Source: Chromera velia (Eukaryota). From it: a DNA stretch of 56,752 nucleotides. This document shows positions 1-11,225 of this stretch, piece after piece; within the stretch, counting starts at the first letter, position 1, and the number at the start of each line of letters is the position of its first letter. The translations under genes were made by a program, and so were the position numbers. Location of the stretch: positions 1-56,752 of the forward strand of contig JAHBMJ010000116.1 of NCBI GenBank assembly GCA_018398765.1, read 5' to 3'. Under the pieces are notes generated by a model, which saw only the letters and a program-made list of their open reading frames with translations, ran no database searches and was not told the DNA's origin.

Positions 1-2
1 TC

Positions 3-1442
3 GCTCCGTTTATTTTTTAGGGTACAATGGAGCACATCCAGAGAGTGTTCAAACGGTTTGGCATGCACACAGCAACGATTCGGTCACTGAATTACATTGA
101 TGATTTTCTGATAACAGCAAGCACAGAGAAAGAAGCAAAAGAGGCCCTGCAGCTTGCACTTAGAATCTTGGCACAGATGGGATGGAAAGTGAAAGAATCG
201 AAAACCGTTGAACCAACGCAGGCGTTGGAGTTCACCGGAATTGGCATAAACATGAAGAGATTGTTTTTGTATATCTCCCCGCGTAAGACGGAGAAGGCCC
301 TAAAAAGAATTGCTGAGCTGATGCAGGCAGCAGGGGAAGGAAGAGCGACCATTGCCCAAAGGCTTCAGACAGTGGGTCTGCTGAACCATCTGAGACTTAT
401 TGTGAGACACGGAGGGCAAAAACTGGCCCCGTTTTGGCGGGCGTTCTCACCAGCGGTATAGCCAACGTCAAAGATGGAATGGAGAAAATGGAAAAAAGGA
501 GGGTTAGAGCTGAGCAAGGAGATGGTAAGGTTATTGAATTGGTGGGAGTCCGCAGTTGAAAAAAGACCAGTTAGGCAGTTATATGTGGCGCCCACCGGCT
601 GTCTAGATATGTGGGAAGCAGATTGGGTAGCGTCATGGAAAGATATCCCCCGAGGGGTAGCCGTGATCACAGGGGATGCGGCGGGGACAGGGGGAGGTGG
701 TGTGTGGAAAGGCAACCCTATTTGGTGGAGATGGTCGGGAAAGCAAGCAGCATGCTCGTCTAACTGGAAAGAGGCAAAGACGGTGGTACGATGCTTACAG
801 GCATTTACAAAATTAGGGGCAGGGAGCGAGAATGGGAGGATTGTGGTCCGCTCAGATAACAGCGTGACCGTGAGGATTATTAATAACCGTCACAGCGCAG
901 CCGCGGCCTTGGGAGACATTGTAGAGGAGATTCAAACGATTGAAAGGAAGGCAAAGGTGGAGGTCGTGGCAGTGCATATCCCAGGCGCCGAGAACACAGA
1001 GGCAGACAGTCTGTCTCGGATGAGCGGAGATGTTCACAGGAAAGAAAGGGTGACAGATCGAGTGTTAAAAGGACTAAGTCACCAGGCAAGCAGAGTACTA
1101 GGAAGGGAGGTTAGTGCAGTTAGGGGGACAAAAGAGAAGGGGGTGGAAGGCGTTGAGGTGCACGCACCTGCGGGGGACGAATATCAGTCGGCGATGAAGG
1201 CAGCCACAACGGCTCTTGAGCCGCGCATACTATTGGTGCCGCGAGCCGTGGGAGATTTATGGAGGAGACAGGGCGTAAAGAGCAGGGTTATGGAGAGGTT
1301 TAGAGTAGGGCACAGGCTGTTTGAGGTCTTACCCCCCGTCGCGTGTAGAGTGGCACATGGAGGGGACAGAGACGGTGATTGGGAATTCAGCATCATGCGG
1401 GGCCAGCCTATTGCGGAAGAGTGGGAGGCAGTGTTGTTTTAG
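3..1442 (+). pseudogene. Reverse transcriptase-RNase H, with a possible degenerate methyltransferase-like tail; in-frame TAG stops at 18-20 and 459-461
   Basis: ORFs 27..461 and 474..1442 share a frame. Motifs: LNYIDDFLI, LEFTGIGIN, ITGDAAGTGGGG, SSNWKEAKTV, RSDNSVTV, HIPGAENTEADSLSR. The VHAPA...ILLVP...W segment is weakly like the DIRS/PAT methyltransferase region. Confidence 0.85.
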
Positions 1443-1862
1443 GGAAATTTCGGATAACCGCGGCGCAAGTCACAGTGTTAACGGCATGTAGAAAGTCAAA
1501 ACCGATAGAACCATCAATAGTGAACTTCAAAGAATTATAATGCAAAAGAGTTAGAAAAAGTGGACATACAAAACCTGATATATAGTAGGCAATGTTAGTA
1601 TAATTGCCATAGATTATTACTGAGATGGCAGAAATTAGCAATAGGGAGGGCATAGTCCGGGTATTAGTCCCAGCGATAGGCATAAGGGCAGTACTGATCA
1701 AAGTGCTAGACAAAGCATGGCGGTGCGCTAGCGAAGCGGAAACCGTGAACGGGTGCGATGCATATATCATGACCGAATGCAGGGTCAGCTCAGAGGCAGG
1801 GAAGCAGGGCCAGGACGCTGTCACAGAAGGCAAAACAGGCAGGGTTCCTGTCACAGAGGGAG

Positions 1863-2834
1863 TTGGTGCTGGCCAGTGACAACAAGCTAGACCCAACACC
1901 AAAGGATGAGCTCGCGAAAGTGGTTGAGGAGATAGAGGCTGCAGCTCTGGAAGCGAGCACGAAGCGGCGGTATGAAGCGGCGCTAAGGAAGTTGGAGAGA
2001 TCAAACCCGTTCTTGTTGCCCATACGGTGTGCGCTGGATATGAAGATGGGGTTCGCGCATCTGAAAGGGCTGAAGGGGAATGAAATAGGAACGTTGAGGG
2101 GGGCGGTGAGATGGTGGCATCATATGCACAGGTACGAACAGCCGCCATTTGAAAGCGATAGCCTCCAGTATTTTTTTACGGGCTTGCGCAAGTTGGCTGA
2201 CAACTCAGTGAAGACGAAAGAGAGGCTTTCGAAAGAAGAGGTGTTGAAGCTGATAGAGTATTGGGAGGGGCAAAGGTCACTAGACGCCCTACGAAACATA
2301 GCGATTACGGTGTTGGCGTTCTTTCCAGCGAAGAGAATTGGGGAAATCTTGGCGAGAGGGAGGAAAGATTTCATATTGAGGGACAAAGCGAAGCCACCGT
2401 TTGTGGCTTGTTATATACATAGATCAAAGGGGGACAGGTGGGGCAGAGGCACGATGTGCCCGATCCCACTAGTAGGGACAGACAGAACGACACTGGGGCA
2501 AAGGATCTTGGAGTTCCTAGAGAAAGCCCCGAAAAGCGGGACACTTTTCCGGGCGACGGACACATATGGCCATCGGTGGGCAGAGAGGCCCCTCACGAGG
2601 GAGGCGTGGCAGAAGGCACTGAGGAAGGCAATCACAAAGTGTCTCCCAGAGAGGGAGTACACGGACTTTACGACGCACTCGCTGTGTAGAAGTGGGCATA
2701 CAGCAGCGAGGAAAGCGAATCTGCCGGTAGACGTAGCGGTCGATATCCTGGGGCACAACAGTGTGAATGCATGGATGGCGTATGCAGCAAGAGAAGTAGA
2801 GGAAATTGTAGGACATATTACAAGCATGTGTTAG
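1863..2834 (+). CDS. Tyrosine recombinase of the retrotransposon (catalytic HxxR Arg apparently mutated to Cys)
   Basis: Motifs KRIGEI (first Arg), HRSKGD (Lys), THSLCRSG (HxxR position), ILGHNS and terminal AY (Tyr nucleophile). The frame is open from about 1773; the true start is uncertain. Confidence 0.88.
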   Translation: MVLASDNKLDPTPKDELAKVVEEIEAAALEASTKRRYEAALRKLERSNPFLLPIRCALDMKMGFAHLKGLKGNEIGTLRGAVRWWHHMHRYEQPPFESDSLQYFFTGLRKLADNSVKTKERLSKEEVLKLIEYWEGQRSLDALRNIAITVLAFFPAKRIGEILARGRKDFILRDKAKPPFVACYIHRSKGDRWGRGTMCPIPLVGTDRTTLGQRILEFLEKAPKSGTLFRATDTYGHRWAERPLTREAWQKALRKAITKCLPEREYTDFTTHSLCRSGHTAARKANLPVDVAVDILGHNSVNAWMAYAAREVEEIVGHITSMC

Positions 2835-3156
2835 GGAAACGCTAAGCCCAAAGAAGCTGCGCTACGCAGCGGGGAAAAAGCAGACCCAAAGAATGTTGTG
2901 GCAGACAGTGATTAATCATGTGCATGTCATTGATGACGTACAGCAGATGAAGTTAGACACTAAGGTACACATAGAACTTACTAAGCTACTGTCTCAGTAG
3001 AGGGACGTGGGCTAGTCACGTAGCGGGAGATGGATGACGGCCGGGGCCAAGCCGCCCAGCTAGCCGCCCGGCTGCTAGCTCCACGGTCACCCCGGGCTCA
3101 GCCCGGCTGGTACGCTGCGGTGCGATGGTAGTCTTCTTCGCGGGGTTGTGGGGGTG

Positions 3157-3362
3157 TGGGGGCGGACCCTTGGAGCCAGATCTTATCTACGCCAGCGGCA
3201 GAAAGGGGGCGGGGAGCCCAGCTGAGCGCAGATAGTGAGCACGGGCCGAGCCTGACCATGCCTGGCAAAACCAGAGTATGGGCAGGAAACCTACACATAT
3301 GTAAGATCACAGGGAGGACAGGGGCAGTAGCAAAGGAGGAAAGAGGAGTGTGGAAGCTGAAA
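3157..3362 (+). repeat. Split direct repeat, copy B1 (206 bp)
   Basis: Near-identical to 3878-4083, from tgggggcggaccct to ggaagctgaaa. Confidence 0.92.
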
Positions 3363-3877
3363 TGGGAGTTCACGCGGAGCCAGACCAAACCAGACAATGG
3401 AGCGGGAACGCAGTTTCAGCTGGAACGAACTGCACGTGCGTACGTGCGCAGGCCGGGGTCGGGCCCTGAGGCGTGAGCGCGACTAGACGCTGATTGCGTC
3501 ATGCAGAGAATCGCCGCGGACAGAGAATTGGCGAGAACCGAATAATGACAAAAAGGAGACGGGAATAGCAAGGAGAGACAGCAAAGAAATAGACTAACAA
3601 GAAGAGAGCAAGCTGTAAAAGAAAGAGACGGCAAGCGAGACGGCCTAAAAGATTGTCAAAAAGTGAATCGGTGCATGTTTTTTTTTACCTACGAAAAACC
3701 GGAATCGATGGAGGGGTAAAAATGAAAGAACGACCGAGGATTTCGCGTTTGAGGGACCGAACTGACGCCCGCCCACCCTCCCCTGGAGACTCGGCCGGCC
3801 TGCCTCCGGGCGGCCCGGCATATAACGAGTCCGCCAGCGGAAGGACGTAGCCTGATTCGTCGGCCTACCTCGGGGCA

Positions 3878-4083
3878 TGGGGGCGGACCCTCGGAGCCAG
3901 ATCTTATCTGCGCCAGCGGCAGAAAGGGGGTGGGGAGCCTAGCTGAGCGCAGATAGTGAGCACAGGCCAAGCCTGACCATGCCTGGCAAAACCAGAGTAT
4001 GGGCAGGAAACCTACACATATGTAAGATCACAGGGAGGACAGGGGCAGTAGCAAAGGAGGAAAGAGGAGGGTGGAAGCTGAAA
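3878..4083 (+). repeat. Split direct repeat, copy B2 (likely 3' terminus of the element)
   Basis: Near-identical to 3157-3362, with a few substitutions. Confidence 0.92.
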
Positions 4084-4556
4084 GAATTAAACCATTTTCC
4101 CCGTCGTCATGCATTCGCTTGTGCTGTGCGGCGGGCCATGGCGGGCCATGCACCTTGCGGCGCGTGGCCTTGCGCTGGCCGCGGCCCCGCTGGCCGCGGC
4201 CCAGGCCGGGCCGCGGCCGCGGACTCCGCGCGCGTGCATTGAACATGCATGCATGCATGCATGCATCCTTGCAACACATGCCGCAACACATTCATGGAGA
4301 GGATCTCCTCTCTATTGAGCTGTGACCCTCATCCTGTCAGACTCTGGGATACTCTGGGTGTCTCCCGATTGATCCCATGTATTAATACATGAGTTTGCGA
4401 GTTGATGAACAGGGTCGTACATACGGGACATCCGAATGAATGAAACCATGCGTATGAAGCTCCTTTTCAGAGCTGTTCAATGGCGTATATATATGAAACT
4501 GGAGCTTGTCTTTCGATTCAATGTGGCTGAAAGTTCTTTTCTGACACCTCTGCCAT

Positions 4557-5504
4557 TTGCATCCGTTCCATAGATTTTTCCCACTCCTCATCTATGTACG
4601 CCGTGGGGTGAATCGGTTGTCTTGCAATCGCACAGCGATCACAAAGCAACGGGCGGGAATGCTGCAAGTTACCCTCCGCCCGCGTGTGGCCTATCTCTAT
4701 CGTCTTCTTTCAGAGGTCGGCCTAGAAGTTTTCAACCTACTTCTGGCAATCAGCCAGCTCGCTGCCTGCCCAGGCTTTCTGCCCAGTGCAGCAAAGGACT
4801 ACTACGTGACAGCCTGCTGGATTTTCTTCTGTTCGAGCGTGACTTCGACAGCGCTGATGTTACACGCCGCCATCGACTCGTACCACCACATTCACCATCT
4901 CCTGCCTGCCCTCCGACAGGAACGCGGAAATGCCGAGCTCGAGTTTGAGGAGTCTGTGCTGTACACGCTATCGTCCTTGATGTTTGCTGCGGGAAGTATT
5001 CTGTTTCTACCCGAAGTTTATGAGACGGACGAGCGCACTTACCTGACGGCAGGAACGTGGTTGTTCTTCTTCGGCTCCTTGCTGCTGTGGCTGGCCTCGT
5101 TTTTGAACTCTCTGAACGTGTATGAGGTCGGACCGTGGTCGTTGCAGCACCCGTCCGTTAAGGTGGGCACGATCTCCCTGATGATCACGCAGTTTGGGTC
5201 CATCTGCTACGCTGTCGGCTCGGTCGGTTACTTCCCCCAACTGGCCAGCGACACGCCCACAGAGTGGAACATCGTTGCGTTTGGGACGATCTTTTACGTG
5301 GTGGGGGCCTCTGCATACGTGCTGTCGGCGTTCTTGACTGTAGTTGTAGCGCTGATCAAGCATAGCGACGCGGTCAAGGTTGCAGCACACAAGCGAAATC
5401 TGGTCGCCCACGGTGCTGCAATCGCCTTGTTGTTTGCAAGCCGCCCAAGACTACACAAGTCCCTTCGTACAGATGGTTCGACAGTGGCACTTGCAGCCGA
5501 CTGA
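4557..5504 (+). CDS. Multi-pass membrane protein with YrhK-like repeats (true start or 5' exon uncertain)
   Basis: About six hydrophobic helices. The repeated FxxGS motifs (MFAAGSILFLP, GTWLFFFGSLL, CYAVGSVGYFP, GTIFYVVGASAY) are typical of YrhK-like domains. Confidence 0.65.
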   Translation: MHPFHRFFPLLIYVRRGVNRLSCNRTAITKQRAGMLQVTLRPRVAYLYRLLSEVGLEVFNLLLAISQLAACPGFLPSAAKDYYVTACWIFFCSSVTSTALMLHAAIDSYHHIHHLLPALRQERGNAELEFEESVLYTLSSLMFAAGSILFLPEVYETDERTYLTAGTWLFFFGSLLLWLASFLNSLNVYEVGPWSLQHPSVKVGTISLMITQFGSICYAVGSVGYFPQLASDTPTEWNIVAFGTIFYVVGASAYVLSAFLTVVVALIKHSDAVKVAAHKRNLVAHGAAIALLFASRPRLHKSLRTDGSTVALAAD

Positions 5505-6540
5505 CGCATATACAGGCATGACATTTTGCAGATACAAACCTATGCGTACCTATGCGTGTGGGTACCCATCTACAAACAGTGCATGCATTCTATCAAAATT
5601 AAGATTGAGAACTAGAATTAGATGCAAGCCAGAGTGAAGTTTCGAGTGAAATGAGTCACTATCAGTGACAATCGGTCACTAGATCTGTCGTTTCTATTAA
5701 TCAATGAATTGACTATAAGCCGGTGGAGCCACGTTTCTGGCAGTCTTGGCAGTCCATAATTTTCCACAGAAGGGTCAGTTCTCACTGTGAGAGTCTCGGA
5801 CAGAGCTTCGCCATATGGTTCATTCTTGTCTGTGCGTAGGGTTTCTCCAAGAAACAGAAGGGTCGATTCTCGCTGAAAGTGTCACTGCGTGTTCTGTACT
5901 GCTCCGACCCTATTCGTCAGAAAGCAGCCAGAATCTATATATAAGGATCTCTAAGGGACCTAGTCGTAGGCAGAGATAGGACGTAAGCCCCATATAGCAT
6001 AAGAGTCTAACGTTGAGTACTATGTTCAGTACTGTTTGCAGGTTGATTTTCTCGAAAGGAATTGTTTTCCAAAAAATGTAGAACTGTCGATCTGATTTTG
6101 CCAGAAGTGTCACTTAGATTTCTTGATCTTGATTTGTTGATTGAAAGACTTTGTGTTGCTTTTAAGTCTTTCAAAATTAAAGTCTTTTACGCATGCGATA
6201 GTCCAACTTCGGTGTACTTCGGTATGGTACAAGCGATGGCTTGCTAGCTAGCTCGACGTTGGCTTAGCATGATTTTATCTCTACATGGCTCGAAGGACTT
6301 TTACTCGAAAGACTTGATCTTAGTGTGACTTGAAAGACTTTAGCTTAGCCTTGCTGAAAGACTTTAGCTCGGCCTTGCTCACTGCATAAATTCCATATTA
6401 GTTCATACTAGAGCTTCATATGGCTTGATCGGGTATTTTTATATTGTTCGGTCGGGTATTATTCTAAATCTAGACTTTTTAGTACTTAGGGTCTAGGTAT
6501 TTTCCTTTTTCAAAGTTTGGGACTCCACTACTATGTAACA

Positions 6541-7170
6541 CCGCAAAAATCCCATAGACCCCCCCAGTTTGTCTGCAAAAATCCTATAGAACCCCCCCAG
6601 TAACCTCCCTGAACCTAAGTGCCACTTGAAAAAATATAATCAAGATCATCTCTATCTGCAGCATTTTTTTTTAAGAGACCGTCCACGCCTGCGGCGTAGA
6701 CGGTCAAGAGACCGTCCAGATATGCGGCTTTGGCTTTCAAGATACCATGAATGATCCGCACCTGCGGTGCGGACTTTGAAGCTTATTCGAAAATGCGGCT
6801 TAAACTTTTAAGTGGTAGTTAGGTTCAGGGAGGTCCCCCTAGCCTGTCCGCAAATATCCCACAGACCCCTCTACTCTGTCCGCAAAACCCCCCACATTGT
6901 CCGTAAAGATCCCACAGACCCCCCTACTCTCTCCACAAAACTTCCCCACACCCTCCCACTTTGCCCGCAAAGATTCCACAGACCCCCCCATTGTGTCTGT
7001 AAAACTCCTATAGACACCCTCACTTTGTCCACAAAGATCCCACAGACCCCCTACTCTGTCTGCAAAGATCCCACAGACCCCCCCCCTCTATCCGCAAAGA
7101 TCCCACAGACCCCCCCAATCTGTCCGCAAAACTCCCACAGACCCCCCTACTTTGTCCGCAAAGATCCCAC
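6541..7170 (+). repeat. 31-32 bp minisatellite (gtccgcaaagatcccacagacccccctacttt), about 12 degenerate units, interrupted at 6603-6834
   Basis: Units are visible at 6541, 6571 and continuously from about 6845 to 7170. Confidence 0.9.
6603..6834. mobile_element. MITE-like 232-bp element with 25-bp terminal inverted repeats
   Basis: acctccctgaacctaagtgccactt (6603-6627) matches the reverse complement of aagtggtagttaggttcagggaggt (6810-6834) with 2 mismatches. It interrupts the minisatellite. No clean TSD is visible. Confidence 0.7.
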
Positions 7171-7904
7171 TGAAAAAGATGGTATACTCGGCATGCACGC
7201 ATACTTTGATCCATCTTAGCGCCACTGTTTGTGAAACTCCCACAATGCTACGCAGGTGTTATGCAGGAAAAATGTTTCAACTGGGGCCTCAATGGGCGTA
7301 ATTGATGGGCTGCCCTCCGTGGCTAGCTGTAACTGGGTACCCCCCAACCTGGTTACAAAATGACGGTCCCGTAAAGCAGAACTCCCAATTGATTAAGGCT
7401 TGCACTATGTAACTGGGTACCCCCACCCAGTTACAAAATAACGGTCCCGATACGCAGCCCGTACAGAGCCGTGATACACTTACTTTTGTGGAGGGTGAGT
7501 GCCTTGCAAGGAATCCGAAGATTCCGAAGAAAATTGCATCTCATGCAACATCATGCAACACTACAGCGTCTGCGCAATCCATGCATTTATACACACGGAT
7601 CGAGGGAGATTACAGAACGGATCGAAGTTACAGAACTGGGCCGTCAATCCGACAACTTCCAGAAGCAATTGCAGTGGACCGTAAGCCAAAGCGCAGTAAC
7701 GTCCTTCACCTCTTGAGTGGAGAGGTTACAGATGGTTACAGGTGTGTGGTGGTCTCTGAAGGACGTATCATTGGGCAGGTAGACAGAGTCTCTTTCTTTT
7801 TGCTTTGCTCGAGCATTCGAAAACAAAGTTTACCTGAGGTTGCAGAAGATAAATAAGTGGTCTTCTCTTGTGAGTGAGAGAAGATCTTTTCTTTCAACTT
7901 CTTT

Positions 7905-8708
7905 TTGTTCGGTCTAGATGTTGCATTGAGTGGTGTAGGAAAAGAAATGGAGGAGACAGATGCCCAAAAAACTTTCAGGGAAGGTGTCAGGAGCCACTCA
8001 GATTTGTTCAAGAAGACTGTAACGAAGGAGATGCTGGCTGAGTGGGCCGATAAGAAGATCCCCGAAGAAAAGTTGTATTGTGCGGATCTCCGACAGCATG
8101 TGGAGGCGACCGCAAAACGGCTTTTCCCTCGTGTGCCGGTCCATGGGTCAGCCTGGAATTTGAACGACTTCAGCAGGGATGTTGTCGAGGCCCTCGGTTT
8201 TCAGATCAAGCAGGATGAGGAGCCGCACGAGTCAAACAGCCGAAAAATGAGACCCTTCTTCTTGCGGCCAGTCCGCATCGTTCCCATAAAACCTCCGACT
8301 GCAGCAGGCAAGGGGAGGGAACGGTTACGGAGCAGGAGCAGGAGCAGGGAGACAGACCGCAAGAGAGAGGAGGGGGGCATCGAGGGCGGGGACTCCGTTG
8401 GGGAAGCAGCCGCGGCCTCAGTGTCGACGCCGACCAACATGAAGTCCCCGTTCCTCAAGGAAAAATTCAACGAGTTCATGAGACACACACCACCGTCGCG
8501 CAGACAGATAGTGCGGGAACAGTTGAGCTCTTTGGTCGAGGTCGCAAAAATGGACAAGCAGCTGCAGGACCACAAGAGGAACATGATGAGTCAGTCTTTG
8601 TGCAGTTCATTCAATGACCTGCACTGTACCGTAAAGGATGTGAAGATTGCACGGGTTCCTTTCATGGGAAGCATGAGGCACACTTGGTTGATTTCCTTTA
8701 CGTACTGA
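7905..8708 (+). CDS. Hypothetical protein exon (possibly part of a multi-exon gene extending to 11225)
   Basis: 267-codon ORF with protein-like composition and an RS-rich segment. No family recognised. Confidence 0.5.
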   Translation: MFGLDVALSGVGKEMEETDAQKTFREGVRSHSDLFKKTVTKEMLAEWADKKIPEEKLYCADLRQHVEATAKRLFPRVPVHGSAWNLNDFSRDVVEALGFQIKQDEEPHESNSRKMRPFFLRPVRIVPIKPPTAAGKGRERLRSRSRSRETDRKREEGGIEGGDSVGEAAAASVSTPTNMKSPFLKEKFNEFMRHTPPSRRQIVREQLSSLVEVAKMDKQLQDHKRNMMSQSLCSSFNDLHCTVKDVKIARVPFMGSMRHTWLISFTY

Positions 8709-8779
8709 AAATCACTTTTGAGCGCTTCTGCCTGATCGCCTGTGTATTTCCGTGCACTCATTAGAATAAGACCTTCAGT

Positions 8780-9235
8780 GAGTCTGCCTGTCTGCCTGGC
8801 AGTGCCTGTTTGCCTGCCTGAGGGGGAAAAAAGAAAACATGTAGCCTGTCTGCCTGCCTGCCTAGTACCCTGTCTGTTGTCTCCATGAGAAGAATGAAGA
8901 AAAGAAAAAAAAACGGAAATAACATGCTTGTCTGCCTGCCTGTTTGCCTGCCTCTCCGCCTGTCTGCCTGCCTGCCTCTTTGCGTGCCTGCCTGCCTGTC
9001 TGCCTGCCTGCCTGCCTCTCTGCCTGCCTCTCTGCCTGCCTCTCTACCTGCCTCTCTGCCTGCCTCTCTGCCTGCCTGCCTGCCTGCCGGCCAGCCTGCT
9101 TGACGGCCTGCCTGCCTGTCTCTCTGCCTGCACGCCTCTCTGCCTGTCTCTCTGCCTGCCTACCTCTCTGCCTGCCTACCTGTCTGCCTGCCTGCCTCTC
9201 TGCGTGCCTGCCTGCCTGCCTGCCTGCTTACCTGT
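8780..9235 (+). repeat. (CCTG/TCTG)n low-complexity microsatellite tract
   Basis: Direct inspection; it produces spurious LPA/CLP ORFs. Confidence 0.9.
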
Positions 9236-10067
9236 ATTTCTGGAGACTCATCCGGGACAGTGCCTTCGGTGAGTCGGTTTGCCCTTGCGTGCGCAGCCGT
9301 AACATGATATAAGAATATACAACAAAGTGCACTCATTCTTATGCTGTCGTGTTCCACCTCCTGCATTGTGTTAAAACTAAATTTCCGTGCAGTCATGACA
9401 AAAGTGGCCCAAACCGTGTCAGGAAATCCCCGGTCAAATGCGACTTTCTTTGATGTCGAGGTCCTGGAGTTCGAGAGTTCCTGGGTACAATTACAGCGGG
9501 ACAGCGAAAACGCTCGTTCAAGGATCAGGAGTGTCCGTCTAACTTGGCTGGTCCGTCCTTCGATCTGCGGCGATCCTTGTCCGCTGTTCCTTTGGTTCCC
9601 TTTGTCGCATCACGGCTTTGTGTTTCCCCTTCGTTCACCTCATTTCCTCTTCTCCGCTGTTTTAAAGCCGCACTTCTGGCGACAGATAGACATAGCGGGA
9701 AGGCCCTTGAGCGGAACATATCAATCAATCATTCTCTCTGCCCAGCCATCATGATATCAGTAACTTACCGAACCTCCTGTGAGCCCTCTTTTTCACGGTC
9801 TGAGCTAGTCATGCATGATTCCCTCCCCTCTGGTAACGCTCTAGATGGCCTCAAGTCTCCCGTTTACCCTGATGTCTTTGCCCACTTTTTGTTCGGTGGC
9901 TTCTTTCCTCCCTCCAACCTTCTGCATCCTTCTGCCCTATGCATTCAGTCCGCTTCATGCGGTCTCTTTTGCATGACACTGTTTTGCGGTACTGAAAATT
10001 CTTCAACTCGTTGCCTTTATCTGTGTCTGGCTGTACGAGGATGTGCCCTTTTTGTATCTTCGTGCAG

Positions 10068-11225
10068 GAGAAAGACCAAGAACGTACTGGACTTTGGAAA
10101 GCACTTTGTCGCTTCAGGGCCTGCTCGCGTGTCAATTCGTCTGACTCCCTGCCTGCCTGACGACGTGCGGGAGTGTAAAATTGTCCTGTCTTTCCCTCCA
10201 CAGGGGGAAGAGCTGGGGGACCCAATGACGGTGGAGTGGGAGCTGAAGCGTGAGGAGATCCCGGACACACTCGAGACAGAGGTTGCCCTCGAAGACTTCG
10301 AACGCGCAATCAAGTTCGGCGAGGGGACGATGCGATTCAAGGCAGCGTTCAAGCCTCTCCTCTTTTCGGTGTGTCAATGAATTCGTCGGATAATTGTCTT
10401 CATTTGGTGTTTTTTTGACTCTGACTCCAATCTTTTCTTTCATTCTTTCCTTCTTTTATGTTGCAGTCTTTTTTCTTGTTCTGACTGTCTTTCGTTCTTT
10501 GTTTTCTTGCCTCCATTCGTTCTAATTCCTCTTTTACTTATGTGACAGTCGAGCTTTCTTGCGGTCGCTTGCGTGCATGGTTCCTCCATGTTCCTTCCCT
10601 CCCATTTCCCTCCCCTTTTTGGTTTTTGTCTTCTTTCTTACAAGAAGCATATATGCAAAGTTGTGTGTCTACATGATATATTTTTTCAGCTTCTCCGTGT
10701 ACGCAGGCAAGCAAGCGCGACCCTATCAGAAAGAAGGTCAGGGCTGAGCTCCAGTCGTCGGGGGGGGGAGGGGACGAGGACTCCGAGGTCGAAGAAGATG
10801 AGCAACAGGTGGGTCTTGGCGGGGAGGTTGGAGGAGACGAGCAGCAGATGGGCTTTGGCGGGGGGGTTGGAGGAGACGAGCAGCAGATGGGCTTTGGCGG
10901 GGGGGTTGGAGGAGACGAGCAGCAGGCGGGCTTCGGCGAGGGGTTTGGAAGAGACGAGGCTCAGCAGCAGGCGGGCTTTGACGGGGAGGTCGAAGAAGAC
11001 GAAGAGGGCGCAAATGGAGGAGAATCCGATTATCAGGGAGGAGAGTGGGTCCCTGGAGGTCAGATGCCCAACTTCACATGGCATCATCCGTCACCCTTTC
11101 TCTCTTTTCCTTTTCCACCCATGTTCTTTCCCCGCTTTCCACCGGGTATGGCGTTCCTCCCCAGGGGCCCACCTTTCCCATTTCGCCCGCCTGGGCCGCC
11201 TTTCGACGACCCCACCGACCGCTGA
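10068..11225 (+). CDS. Hypothetical protein 3' exons (about 10068-10370 and 10707-11225) with acidic Gly-rich 13-aa repeats and a Pro/Phe-rich tail
   Basis: Acceptors tgcag (10067) and cgcag (10706). The last exon reads ASKRDPIRKKVRAELQSS...(GGDEQQMGFGGGV)n...PPFDDPTDR*, with a 39-bp coding tandem repeat at about 10790-10990. Confidence 0.5.

Larger units (their letters stand above)
1..4083 (+). mobile_element. Tyrosine-recombinase retrotransposon (DIRS order, PAT/Ngaro-like with split direct repeats), 5' end outside the window, decayed
   Basis: RT (APFIF, YIDD), DIRS-type RNase H and tyrosine recombinase occur in order. They are followed by two 206-bp direct repeats (3157-3362, 3878-4083) separated by 515 bp, as in the B1-A2-B2 right end of split-direct-repeat elements. 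Confidence 0.88.

Noticed and set aside
6541..7170. CRISPR-like array
   Set aside because: The units are contiguous and degenerate with no unique spacers, there are no cas genes, and the context is eukaryotic.
7488..7856. His-Cys box homing endonuclease-like motif (ASH...CN...NP...HL)
   Set aside because: It needs more than one frameshift to assemble, so it is not supportable.
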